Below are positions 36,934-46,782 of a DNA stretch of 64,000 nt, in pieces. The DNA is from a virus. The notes beneath the pieces were generated by a model, which saw nothing but the letters and a program-made list of their open reading frames with translations, was not told the origin of the DNA and did not search any database. The stretch lies in the UHGV virus genome UHGV-1366640, one strand, 5' to 3'. How positions within the stretch are numbered: the first letter of the stretch is position 1; every line of letters starts with the position of its first letter. A program made the translations under genes and the position numbers.

Positions 36934-39279
36934 TTGGAGATATTGAGTCTCACTGTTATTAAGGATCAAATACGATTGAATAGATCTCTCGTTGGTACAA
37001 CTCCAGAATTGTATACAGGAAATACATCGTATACATTGAGTGTTTCTTTTTCTGAGGATTGGGTATCAAGGACAGTCCTTGCTGTTTTCATAAAAGGGTC
37101 AACTGCATATCAAGTTGATGTTGGTACTGTGGCTGATGCTGGAGAAGTCATTAGAAATGTTCTTATACCGTCAGAAGTTCTTACAGATGCTGATAACACG
37201 ATCTCTTTCGGATTCTATTCAGTCATGGAGGGGACTTCTCGATTAAGTACAGAACTTGGAACATTCTCTGTAGTTGATGGTGCATACCGAGATGGAACAA
37301 CACCGACTCCTCCTGCTCCTGACATCTGGGAGCAACTTGTTCAGAAAGCAGTTCCAATGATTGATCCAACAACCACAAATTGGATGATCTGGGACATGAA
37401 TCTTGGAAAGTATGTTGATACTGGATTTCCTTCAAGAAGTGAGAAGGGAGATAGTGGTGTTGGTTTTACAAATCTCATAGAGCAGGGGACAAATTATAAG
37501 ATTTGTGATCCATCAAGCACAGTTCTTCAATCTGCAGAATATTCAGTCACATTGGGGCATAATTGTACTGTTCTTACATTCTCTTGTTTTGCTTCTGGTG
37601 ATGGATGTGTTGCAGGTAAGAGAGCTTTTAAGATTACAGCGATGCCTTCTACTACATCTTTTACGCTTGATTCAGTTGATGGATTAGCTGTTGGGGATGT
37701 TGTTTCATATTCTAATATTTTCTCAGGTTCAGGTACAGCTTCTGCTGTTTGGAGAGAGAGCCAAGATCTTTCAAAGATTACCGCAATCTCTAATACAACA
37801 ATAACATTGGATTCTGATATTTATTCACTTACTCCTACAGATGTTAATAATTTTCAATCAAGTACAGATCGTATTGCTTGCCGACTTTGGGTAAATGCAA
37901 AACCTGAAATTGGTACATATGATTTATCTACTAAAGCAAATGCAAGAGGTAGAGGGTGTAAAGCTCTTGGAGATGGGTCTGATGTTGGTGGAAAAGATAA
38001 TGTTGTAACTTCTCCATATGGTGCTGCTGTTAATTCAAGTAATAGAGTTGATGCAGAGAGTGGTTTTGGTTTTGGTTCAGGTAATACTCTTGGTTGGAAA
38101 GCTGCAAGATCTGCTGTTGGTGGAAATAAATGTGTGAATAATTCGTATGCTTCTCTTATTGGTGGTAATGGTTCAGAGTCTCCAGCAGGAATTCGTCAGG
38201 TTTTTGGTTGGGGAGAGCATCTTGAATTTTCAAACGATAGTGAAGCTGCTGTGGGAGCATATAATAAGACAAAATCTAACCTTAGATTTTCTGTTGGTAA
38301 TGGTTCAGATGAATCTCATCGTTCAAATGCCCTTGAAGTCTATAAAGACGGTACAGTCATTATTCCAAAGAGTTTCCAGCAGGTCGCATATGTCAATTCT
38401 CCTCAGAATACAAGTGGCTGGTATAAATTTGCTCATTATAATTTTTCAACTTATAAATCTGGATCTCTTCTCCTCGATGTTTGTCAGGGATATGCTGGTG
38501 ATAAATTCAACTCATTATTTGAGTTGGAAATAACAACAGATGATACGGGATTTCATCCACAGGATGGTTTCGTTTTTAGACAGATTGCTGGTCAAGACAT
38601 TACAGATCGAATTTGTTATTATATAGATACAGCAACTCATGATGTAGATTTCTATATAAGGAAAACTCGGTATGATTATATCTTCTTTACAAAACTTGCA
38701 GATACTTTTGGAGATCTTATAACCTATTTTACAAATGTTGGTCCTGAGACTCTTGATAGTAGCATTACAAGTGTTAATCCAGGAAATGATTTTCTTGTAA
38801 CGAAGAGTTTTGTAAATTCTTCATTGAATAATTATTATAACAAGACTGCTGTCGATTCCTTATTGTCTTCAAAATCTGATAAAACTGCTATTGTTTTCAT
38901 ACAGAATGCTTCTTCTATTTCATTTGAATTAGGAAGTAACAGTGACAATAAGGAATTCAGAATTGTTGATAATGTGTCATCTCCAACTGTTCTTTCACAG
39001 ATTGGAACTGCTACGATCAATGTTTCTATTATGAATGGAAGTTTCAATAATGATTATATCACAGGATTGACATTCAGAACAGCTGCTACTGGAACGATTA
39101 CGATGTCTTATACTGGTACAGGAATTCTCCAATGGGTTGGAACTGATTGTGATGTACAAGATGGTTACAGTGTTTTCACTCCACAGAATAGCATGACTTA
39201 TGATATTGTGTTCTATTTCAATGGTGCAAGATTTGTTGGACTTGTTAATGGTTATGAAGAACTGAATGTTGAAAAATAA
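36934..39279 (+). CDS. Large tail fibre-like protein with a TTG start.
   Basis: TTG 36934, 9 nt after TAAGGAG. A 781-aa Gly/Ser-rich sequence with repeated GxG stretches. Confidence 0.35.
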   Translation: MEILSLTVIKDQIRLNRSLVGTTPELYTGNTSYTLSVSFSEDWVSRTVLAVFIKGSTAYQVDVGTVADAGEVIRNVLIPSEVLTDADNTISFGFYSVMEGTSRLSTELGTFSVVDGAYRDGTTPTPPAPDIWEQLVQKAVPMIDPTTTNWMIWDMNLGKYVDTGFPSRSEKGDSGVGFTNLIEQGTNYKICDPSSTVLQSAEYSVTLGHNCTVLTFSCFASGDGCVAGKRAFKITAMPSTTSFTLDSVDGLAVGDVVSYSNIFSGSGTASAVWRESQDLSKITAISNTTITLDSDIYSLTPTDVNNFQSSTDRIACRLWVNAKPEIGTYDLSTKANARGRGCKALGDGSDVGGKDNVVTSPYGAAVNSSNRVDAESGFGFGSGNTLGWKAARSAVGGNKCVNNSYASLIGGNGSESPAGIRQVFGWGEHLEFSNDSEAAVGAYNKTKSNLRFSVGNGSDESHRSNALEVYKDGTVIIPKSFQQVAYVNSPQNTSGWYKFAHYNFSTYKSGSLLLDVCQGYAGDKFNSLFELEITTDDTGFHPQDGFVFRQIAGQDITDRICYYIDTATHDVDFYIRKTRYDYIFFTKLADTFGDLITYFTNVGPETLDSSITSVNPGNDFLVTKSFVNSSLNNYYNKTAVDSLLSSKSDKTAIVFIQNASSISFELGSNSDNKEFRIVDNVSSPTVLSQIGTATINVSIMNGSFNNDYITGLTFRTAATGTITMSYTGTGILQWVGTDCDVQDGYSVFTPQNSMTYDIVFYFNGARFVGLVNGYEELNVEK

Positions 39280-39297
39280 TTGTTAGGAGGAGATTTC

Positions 39298-39573
39298 ATG
39301 TTATACAAATATATTGGTGAACATTGTGTTGAGAAGTTTAATGGAGATTTTGTTGTGGTGGATAATGTGGTTTATACAAATCCTCAGGAAGAACATCTTA
39401 AAATGGCTGGTTATAAAGAATTAAAATCAGCAGAAATCCCAGAATATAATCCTGAGTCACAGTATGTAGAGATGACTTACAAAGATGGTAAGAATTCTAT
39501 AACAGAGATATGTGAAATAAAAGATTTTCCAGATTTATTCATCACAGAAGAGGATCAGTCAAAGGAGGAGTAG
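39298..39573 (+). CDS. Hypothetical small protein.
   Basis: ATG 39298 after AGGAGGAG. Confidence 0.35.
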   Translation: MLYKYIGEHCVEKFNGDFVVVDNVVYTNPQEEHLKMAGYKELKSAEIPEYNPESQYVEMTYKDGKNSITEICEIKDFPDLFITEEDQSKEE

Positions 39574-39574
39574 T

Positions 39575-41572
39575 ATGAACTACCTCGAAAAGAAGAAAAG
39601 AGCAATAATGGCTGTACTTCAGAGGGTTTATTCAGTAATTGGAGTCCCTCCAATAACCTTGCTGAAGTCTCTTGGGAAAAGTCTTAAAGATTATCTCATT
39701 TATGGCAATACTTCTCAGAATGGGACTCCCTCTCCTGCTTCTCCTGTCGAAATTGAAAGTGTCGGCACAAAAACAAATAATCTTTGGGATAAAGGAAATA
39801 CGATAATTTCTGATAATGAAACTCGTTCTTGTTATTTTGGTTTTGATGCATCTTCATATGATTGGATTCAGCCAAATAGAGTGTATTATGTGAGTGAAGA
39901 ACTTGTTCTCTACGAAGATGATACTCGAATTATTCATGGTCAGACAACACCAACAACAAGATTGACTATTCAGATTCTTTATGAGGATGGTACAAATGAT
40001 ATAACTGGTTCTGCAGTTGTATTCAATGATGGTTTGTTTCATAAGGTGTCAGTTTCAATTACTGCTAAAGATAAGCCAATTACGAGAATTGCTATTAGAC
40101 TTGCAGATTACAGCTCAAATTCAGGCGGTGTTTTTCATGGAGAAGCAAGGAATGTTATGCTTACAGCATTTAACTCTGCTGGTCTCTCAATCACACAGAA
40201 ATCCATAAATAATGCAACTGTTATTTCTGATGAAAATAATGTGTATCATGTAAAAGGAAATGACGGACTTAGTGCTTCAGCGTTTTCTGCAGGACAAGTT
40301 AATGTTGGTTTTTCACCTATTTTAACCAAAAACAGACAATTCAATGTAAGCTTCTATGCAACTCGTGTTAGTGATGGAGTTTGGACGAACAGTAGTAGTT
40401 TAGTCTGCCAGCTATTTGTTCAAGATACTAACTATTTTACACAAAATTTCTATGAGTACTCAAAATTTCCTATTGGAGAAAGAGTGCTTATATCATCTAA
40501 GGTGTTTTCAATCACAGAAAGTACTGAGATTTCAAAAGTTGTATTTAGATTAAATGCGATGGAGTGGAAAATTGAAACAGATTCTTTCAGAATAAATTAT
40601 ATCGACGAAAATGACTTGGAATATAAACCTTATGGCTATGAAATCCCAGTTTTATCACACTATCAAGAGAACCTGATTCCATATCCATATGTCACAGCTG
40701 ATCGGGTGATTTCAGGAGTTAAGATCCAGACAACAGGAAATAACTGTATTCATCTTAAAGGAACAGCAACAGGAAATGTGACTTTTGTATTAGCGAATCC
40801 AATCTTGCTAACAGCAGGAGATTATATTTTCTATGTTAGACGTACATCTCAAGATTTTCTTATTGACAGATTTAAATGTGGTGTCTTTCTGAGACAGGTT
40901 GGCACTGCTGTGTATTATAACGCAGTCATAGAAGATCAGTCTATTACTTTGACATCAAGTGACAATTGGTATGTTTACATTACTGTTGCAAGTGGTGTGA
41001 CAGTTGATACAATTTTGAATGTCTATCTTGAGAGAGGAACCAAATTTCCCGAGACAACAAATATCTATCTCAACGAACCATTGAGAAAGATTGGTGATTT
41101 CGTTGATTATATTGATTTTAAGAATCAAAAAGTTGTCAGGAAGATTAAGCGACTTGACTCTGCTAATATAGATTTGAGTCTTTGGAAAGACGATAGTCCA
41201 TTGTCTGGTGGTTCTGAGAATTCCATGAAGTGGGTAAATATTTCTGAAGCTGCGTTTGATGATCTGGATGCTGTTTCTTGTATATGTAACAAGTTTGAAG
41301 GGTTTTCCGACACAGGTTTATCATATGGAGCAATCGGGATGTCAGTTTATCAACATCGTTTAAGGATCTATTATCCTGGAGTAACTGATGACACTCTTGA
41401 TAATTGGAAAACATGGGTTACAGATAATCCTTTCACTCTTAATTATGTTTTAGAAACTCCAACAGAACAGTCAGTTTTTCTCCCTGAAGTCTTAACTGTA
41501 AAAGGCACTTGTGTTTTAGATACAAGAGGGATGTATCCATCAAATATGAATGTAAAATATCTTGGAAAATAG
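39575..41572 (+). CDS. Large tail fibre-like or receptor-binding-like protein.
   Basis: 665-aa ORF in the tail-fibre block. Confidence 0.35.
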   Translation: MNYLEKKKRAIMAVLQRVYSVIGVPPITLLKSLGKSLKDYLIYGNTSQNGTPSPASPVEIESVGTKTNNLWDKGNTIISDNETRSCYFGFDASSYDWIQPNRVYYVSEELVLYEDDTRIIHGQTTPTTRLTIQILYEDGTNDITGSAVVFNDGLFHKVSVSITAKDKPITRIAIRLADYSSNSGGVFHGEARNVMLTAFNSAGLSITQKSINNATVISDENNVYHVKGNDGLSASAFSAGQVNVGFSPILTKNRQFNVSFYATRVSDGVWTNSSSLVCQLFVQDTNYFTQNFYEYSKFPIGERVLISSKVFSITESTEISKVVFRLNAMEWKIETDSFRINYIDENDLEYKPYGYEIPVLSHYQENLIPYPYVTADRVISGVKIQTTGNNCIHLKGTATGNVTFVLANPILLTAGDYIFYVRRTSQDFLIDRFKCGVFLRQVGTAVYYNAVIEDQSITLTSSDNWYVYITVASGVTVDTILNVYLERGTKFPETTNIYLNEPLRKIGDFVDYIDFKNQKVVRKIKRLDSANIDLSLWKDDSPLSGGSENSMKWVNISEAAFDDLDAVSCICNKFEGFSDTGLSYGAIGMSVYQHRLRIYYPGVTDDTLDNWKTWVTDNPFTLNYVLETPTEQSVFLPEVLTVKGTCVLDTRGMYPSNMNVKYLGK

Positions 41573-41590
41573 AAAAGGAGGAATTCATAA

Positions 41591-42226
41591 ATGGCATACG
41601 ATAAAACAGTCTATTCTTTGAATGATGTTCATGTTCAGGTAATTCTTCCAAAAGATTTTAAAATCATTTGTGTTGATTCAAGGAAAAGATCTTTACAATA
41701 TCAAAATTATGCGAATGCTGGTTATTTTGCACTTCTCAAAGATGGGTCAACTCTTCCAACCGGAAATCTTGTTATCAATGGAGATGTTGTCACTTCTGCA
41801 GATTCTCAACCAAATTGGCTCAATACATATAAACATATTCTTTCAACGATTGTTATAGATCACCATGACACTCCAAAGTTCGTTCAAACTTCTAAGATAG
41901 AAAAAGATGAATTCAAGTATGCAATAAGTGGTATTCCAATTATTCATAATGGATATCGTGTTTCCATGGATTCAATCAGACAAGAAGGATATTTCGGAAA
42001 TGAGTGTTATCAAACATGGCACAGCTTCCTTGGTATTCGTGGAAAGAAGCTTGTATATGTTGCTGCTAACATTGGTTTCAATCAAATGGTCTATCTCCTT
42101 GAAGTCCTTGGTATCGAAAATGGTATTAAGTTAGATGGCGGTGGAAGTTTTATCTGTAAGAGTGGAAAAGACTGGCAGATTGCTACATCTGAGAACCGTA
42201 GAATAAATAATATAATAACTTGGTAA
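41591..42226 (+). CDS. Phosphodiester-glycosidase (NAGPA-like) family hydrolase, a putative cell-wall-polymer depolymerase or lysin component.
   Basis: C-terminal KLVYVAANIGFNQMVYLLEVLGIENGIKLDGGGSFICKSG resembles the NAGPA family ...LDGGGS... motif. It is followed by a terminator and a holin candidate. Confidence 0.45.
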   Translation: MAYDKTVYSLNDVHVQVILPKDFKIICVDSRKRSLQYQNYANAGYFALLKDGSTLPTGNLVINGDVVTSADSQPNWLNTYKHILSTIVIDHHDTPKFVQTSKIEKDEFKYAISGIPIIHNGYRVSMDSIRQEGYFGNECYQTWHSFLGIRGKKLVYVAANIGFNQMVYLLEVLGIENGIKLDGGGSFICKSGKDWQIATSENRRINNIITW

Positions 42227-42270
42227 TGAATTACCCTCTGAGAAGCCTTCAGAGCTTCTCAGATTAAAGA

Positions 42271-42315
42271 AGTGAGTCAGGGTAGTATAACTATACCCCT
42301 ACTCACTTTCTTTCA
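42271..42315 (+). terminator. Rho-independent terminator, member of the repeat family. Stem AGTGAGTCAGGGTA.../...TACCCCTACTCACT, followed by a T-run.
   Basis: Inverted repeat preceded by the CTCAGA motif. Confidence 0.55.
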
Positions 42316-42356
42316 ATACAAAGCCTTGTAGATAATCCTATGAAAGGAGAATGTTT

Positions 42357-42749
42357 ATGAATGATGTGATTATTGCCTTTGTAGATCATCTTCTTGTTCC
42401 GATTATTATCACAGTGATTGTTCCTTTTCTTATCTCTCTTATCAGACAGAGAGTTGCTAAACTTGAGAATGATGAAGCAAGATCATTATTTGATGGTGCA
42501 CTATATGAACTTCAGGGTGCTGTTTCAACAGCTGTATCTGCTGTGTCACAGACATATGTTGATGCTCTTAAGAAAGAGAAAAAGTTTTCTACAGAATCTC
42601 AGAAAGAAGCATTCAGGCAGGCATATCAAAAGTCAATCAGTTTACTTTCAACTGAGACTTTGAATTATCTTAAGACAAAATTCTCTGATGAAGACTTTGA
42701 AGAACTCATTGGGAGTTATATAGAATCAATAATTTACAAAAACAAATAA
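42357..42749 (+). CDS. Putative holin or membrane protein.
   Basis: ATG 42357, 6 nt after AAAGGAGA. A single strong N-terminal transmembrane helix, IIAFVDHLLVPIIITVIVPFLISLI, followed by a charged C-terminus. Confidence 0.4.
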   Translation: MNDVIIAFVDHLLVPIIITVIVPFLISLIRQRVAKLENDEARSLFDGALYELQGAVSTAVSAVSQTYVDALKKEKKFSTESQKEAFRQAYQKSISLLSTETLNYLKTKFSDEDFEELIGSYIESIIYKNK

Positions 42750-42766
42750 AAATAAACCGTTAAATT

Positions 42767-42801
42767 TAAGAGTTTTCTATATGTATACACCGTTTATAGT
42801 A
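42767..42801 (+). promoter_or_regulatory. Bipartite phage promoter, copy 12, with the AAACCGTTAAATTTAAGAGTT 21-mer. Lies upstream of the head module.
   Basis: Motif family. Confidence 0.5.
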
Positions 42802-42843
42802 GTATAAAATTATATAGATGCTTAAATGGATTGGAGAATCTAC

Positions 42844-44481
42844 ATGGCTTTGTTTAAGAGAAAAATGAATAATCCTGGAGAAATCAATTCTCCAAGTCAT
42901 GCTAAGACTGTTGAAGTCAGTGACTATTCTATCTGGCAATTGATCAGTGAGATTAGAAATCTGGCAACTTCAATAAATTATGTATATGCTGAATACGATC
43001 TCATGGCAGAAGATACAATAATTGGTGCTGCCTTGAATTTGTATGCAGATAATGCAATTCAGCAGGATAACTCATCAGATTCTATTATAGAAATTACATC
43101 AGACAATCCCGCTCTATCTTCAGATCTTAGAGCAGTTCTTTCTCGACTTGATATTGAATCTCGTCTTTGGAATGTTGCATACAATACTGCAAAGTATGGT
43201 AATAAATATTGGAAGGTTATTCTCAATCACAGTGGTAATGATATTGCTGGTCTTGAAGAGATTGATGATCCCTCCTGTGTCCTTGATCTGTATCTCACGG
43301 GTGAGCCAAAATGGTTTGCTTTCACAGAATCAGATCTTCAAATTCAGAAGACACAAGATTATGAATTGTATGACCGTGAAGCATTTATTCATTTCTATAT
43401 TCAATCTGGTAAGTTGAATGATACAATTGATCTCATTGATAATCAGCAGACTGACGAGAATGGAGATCCTCTAACTCTTAAATATCAGATTAAGAGAGGA
43501 GAATCAATGATAGAAGGAGTTCGTCTTATCTATCGTGTTCTTAAAGCTCTTGAGGATTCTCTCTTAGCAGCTCGAATTGCTAAATCTGAATATACGAAGA
43601 TTTACAATGTTGAAGTTGGTGACTCAAATGAGATTGATGCCAAGAAGATGGTTGATAAGGTTAAGAGATTGTTTGACAGCCGAATGGCAATGAATACAAA
43701 AGAGGGTCAACAATCTGCGAAGTCTTATAATCAACCTCGTCCTTTTATGGATCCTGTATTTAATTCAGTCAATAATGGTAAAGGTGCTATTTCAATTGAA
43801 ACAAGTGGTGGAGAATTCGAAGTATCAAATATTGCGGATATAGATTATTTCAATAAATTGAAATTTTCTGGTCTTCATATTACTCCGTCAATGCTTGCTT
43901 TTGAAGAGAATATTCCAGGAGGTCTCAGCGGAGAAGGATCTACAATGATCCAACAGGATATTCGATTTGCAATGTATGTAAAGAAATTGATTGTTGCCAT
44001 CCTTGATGGTATTACCGATCTTCTTAATCTCTGGTTACATCTCAAGGGAAGAGATTCTGAAATTGGTAAATTCCGATTAAAGATGGCTGTACCAAGTATC
44101 GCTGAAGATCTGGCTTCTCTTCAGGAATTGATTTCTCGTCTTGAATCAATTGATCAAATGACTGATATCATTGCAAAGAACTCTCCTGGAGTAAATACAG
44201 CGAAACTCACAAAGATTCTTCTCAATGAGTATATTCCAAATAAGGTTCTTCTCAGTAAGATAAATGATCTTATTGATGAATCTGCTGAAATTGCTGATAA
44301 GGAATCTCAAATCGCTATGGAAGAAGCAAATACAACTCTTCGTCAGTTGAAAGATGATGAGGTTCCTGCAGATGATATCATTAAATCAATGGAAGATGAT
44401 AGAGATCGTTCAACAGAGCGTGGATATGATGTTAATTATACCAGTCCATCTGATGTTGTTAAGATGATGACTGGTGATTGA
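42844..44481 (+). CDS. Putative portal protein.
   Basis: ATG 42844 (MALFKRK), 8 nt after GGAG. A roughly 545-aa protein that opens the head-gene block (X, then protease/scaffold, then capsid). The call is by size and position only. Confidence 0.4.
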   Translation: MALFKRKMNNPGEINSPSHAKTVEVSDYSIWQLISEIRNLATSINYVYAEYDLMAEDTIIGAALNLYADNAIQQDNSSDSIIEITSDNPALSSDLRAVLSRLDIESRLWNVAYNTAKYGNKYWKVILNHSGNDIAGLEEIDDPSCVLDLYLTGEPKWFAFTESDLQIQKTQDYELYDREAFIHFYIQSGKLNDTIDLIDNQQTDENGDPLTLKYQIKRGESMIEGVRLIYRVLKALEDSLLAARIAKSEYTKIYNVEVGDSNEIDAKKMVDKVKRLFDSRMAMNTKEGQQSAKSYNQPRPFMDPVFNSVNNGKGAISIETSGGEFEVSNIADIDYFNKLKFSGLHITPSMLAFEENIPGGLSGEGSTMIQQDIRFAMYVKKLIVAILDGITDLLNLWLHLKGRDSEIGKFRLKMAVPSIAEDLASLQELISRLESIDQMTDIIAKNSPGVNTAKLTKILLNEYIPNKVLLSKINDLIDESAEIADKESQIAMEEANTTLRQLKDDEVPADDIIKSMEDDRDRSTERGYDVNYTSPSDVVKMMTGD

Positions 44482-44513
44482 TAGAGAAAGCTAAATGTTA
44501 TGGAAGGAGATTT

Positions 44514-44984
44514 ATGATGACTGATAATATTCGTCAAAATAATATCTTATTGCTTGTAGATCTCATGGGAAAATCTCCAAATGATTCTTCTCTGAGAGAT
44601 GTATATGATAGATATTTGTGTGGATCAATCACAGATGATCAATTAATGTCAGAAATCATTTCTACAAGCTGCTATGAGGAAATGAAGAATTGGTATAATG
44701 TTATCAAGTGTAAACCAATCTGGAGAACTCTCAAGACAATTATGTCAAATATTGAGTCCCTATCAGATATAGAATTACTCAAAGCGATGAGTTCATTGGT
44801 AACGCAGTTGCTCATTCGCAAGGGTATCAATGATACAATGAATCTTGATCTTTTTGGGTATTCAAAACTCTTGTCAGAACTTTTGAATTATCCTGTCTAT
44901 GGTAAGATCAACCGTGATCTTGTCAAGGATATCGTCTCAAATTATCGGTTAGATAAATTCAAAGAACAAAGAGGTGAAGAATAA
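44514..44984 (+). CDS. Hypothetical head-module protein.
   Basis: ATG 44514 after GGAAGGAGA. Confidence 0.35.
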   Translation: MMTDNIRQNNILLLVDLMGKSPNDSSLRDVYDRYLCGSITDDQLMSEIISTSCYEEMKNWYNVIKCKPIWRTLKTIMSNIESLSDIELLKAMSSLVTQLLIRKGINDTMNLDLFGYSKLLSELLNYPVYGKINRDLVKDIVSNYRLDKFKEQRGEE

Positions 44985-46588
44985 TGTCAGATGTTGCTAC
45001 AGTTCCAAAAATTGAAGATCTCAATGATGTTTGGTCAAACAATCTTACAGTAGTTGATCAGCTCAATGAAGTTCCGTCTGGAGATTATGATCCTTCTGTT
45101 GTTCTTTGTACATTAGAAGGGATTCTTTCAGATTATGGTCGTCAAAATAGAAATGGTTATTGGTATTCTGAAGAACTCTGGGATGGTGTAATTAATTCCC
45201 CTGATTTCCAAGAGCTTGTTAAAACAAAGACTCTTTTTGGTGAATCTGATCATCCTATGGAAGTTGAAGATCGTGTTGATGTTCATTATGACTATGTTTC
45301 TCATTGTGTAAGAGATGTTAGAATAGATCGACAAGCTCAACATGTCATTGGAAAGATAGATGTACTTGATACTCCTGCTGGTCGTATTATCTTTACTTTT
45401 GTAAAGTATGGTTCAACTCTTGGTGTTTCTTCTCGTGGTGCAGGAGATGTTATCAATATAGATGGTAAACCTCAGGTTGATCCTAAGACATATCAATTCT
45501 ATGCTTGGGATATTGTTCATCGTCCTTCGAATATAAAGGCTCGAGTTCATCGTACAGAGTCTGTTGATTCCAATTCTCGTATGCTTCGTCTTGTTGAATC
45601 AGCAAAATCTGATAAAAAATCACTTACATGGATCAAGTCATTGGTTGAATCTACAGAAATTCAAGATAAGGAGTCTGTTAGAAAGAAGATCAATGAGTAC
45701 ATGGGTGAATTTCCTGTTGATGATTGTTGTCCTCCTTCCATCTCTGCAGGAGAGCGAGCTGCTTACGAAGCAACGATTTGTAAGTTAAAGAGTGATATTC
45801 AAGCTCTCAGTGAAACTCTTCTGAATTCAAATACTGAAAGAATTCAGAGTGATATGTGTAACAATAATGGATCTAATGATACTTTCATTGATCCTTATAA
45901 TAAATTAGAAAAAGAGATCAATGTTCTTACAGAAGCTGTCAAGATGAATACTGATACTCAATCTCTTGATGATGGTTCTAAGGACGAAATACTCGATCGA
46001 GTTGATGAAGTCTATGCTTCTCTTGTTAAACCAATATCTCAACTTGGTTCACTCAATACAGGTCTTAAGAATCAACTCTCTAAGATATCCACTCAACTTG
46101 ATAATCTCAATTCTGTACAATCACAGCTTTCTGCTGATCTTGTTGCTTCAGTACAGAAGTCATTATCTTCTGCTAAAGATCTCAATGACCTCGAGCAGAA
46201 ATTATCCGATTCAGATAAAGATAATGATGATCTTAAAATTCAGATAAATGATCTTAATGATCAAATTTCTGAGATGAAACAGCAGAGGATCACAGATTCC
46301 CGTAAATATCTTAAATTAAGATGTTCTATGCTTGGTCTTAATGAATCAGTCATCCGTCGTAGATTTAGAAATCTTTCTGAATGTACTTTTGATGATATTG
46401 ATTCTGAATTGGAATCTGCATATTCATCTTCAAGTTCTGTAATTGATACAGATAATTATCAAGACTCTCTCAAAGAGTCCTCTTCACCTGTTGCTGTAAC
46501 TCGTGTAAAGAGGTTGAATGAAAGTGCTGATCATCAGTCTTCTGGTGACAGTGTAGATCTTCTAAGTCTCATTAAAAATAACATCTAA
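44984..46588 (+). CDS. Putative prohead protease / scaffold-like protein.
   Basis: The N-terminal roughly 200 aa form a globular domain (GESDHPMEV...LGVSSRGAGDV). The C-terminal roughly 300 aa are Ser/Asp/Leu-rich and coiled-coil-like. The gene lies between the portal and capsid genes. Confidence 0.3.
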   Translation: MSDVATVPKIEDLNDVWSNNLTVVDQLNEVPSGDYDPSVVLCTLEGILSDYGRQNRNGYWYSEELWDGVINSPDFQELVKTKTLFGESDHPMEVEDRVDVHYDYVSHCVRDVRIDRQAQHVIGKIDVLDTPAGRIIFTFVKYGSTLGVSSRGAGDVINIDGKPQVDPKTYQFYAWDIVHRPSNIKARVHRTESVDSNSRMLRLVESAKSDKKSLTWIKSLVESTEIQDKESVRKKINEYMGEFPVDDCCPPSISAGERAAYEATICKLKSDIQALSETLLNSNTERIQSDMCNNNGSNDTFIDPYNKLEKEINVLTEAVKMNTDTQSLDDGSKDEILDRVDEVYASLVKPISQLGSLNTGLKNQLSKISTQLDNLNSVQSQLSADLVASVQKSLSSAKDLNDLEQKLSDSDKDNDDLKIQINDLNDQISEMKQQRITDSRKYLKLRCSMLGLNESVIRRRFRNLSECTFDDIDSELESAYSSSSSVIDTDNYQDSLKESSSPVAVTRVKRLNESADHQSSGDSVDLLSLIKNNI

Positions 46589-46782
46589 AATGAAATTATG
46601 AAGATTTCTTTTGTATGTTGATGAGAACTCCCTTTTCAAGGATTTTGTTCAAATTGAATCAATTTATCAAGTTGAATGAATTTTATGAATATTTTGGGTA
46701 GATAATCATAGCATGCAATCTTTGATCAGGGTGTTCTTTATTCATTCATTCAAAAGGATAAATAAAGAAAGGATTGATAATT

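Noticed and set aside
36934-36936. ORF-track M at 36934 is actually a TTG codon.
   Set aside because: This is not an error. It is kept as a TTG start because TAAGGAG lies 9 nt upstream, and it is noted only for clarity.
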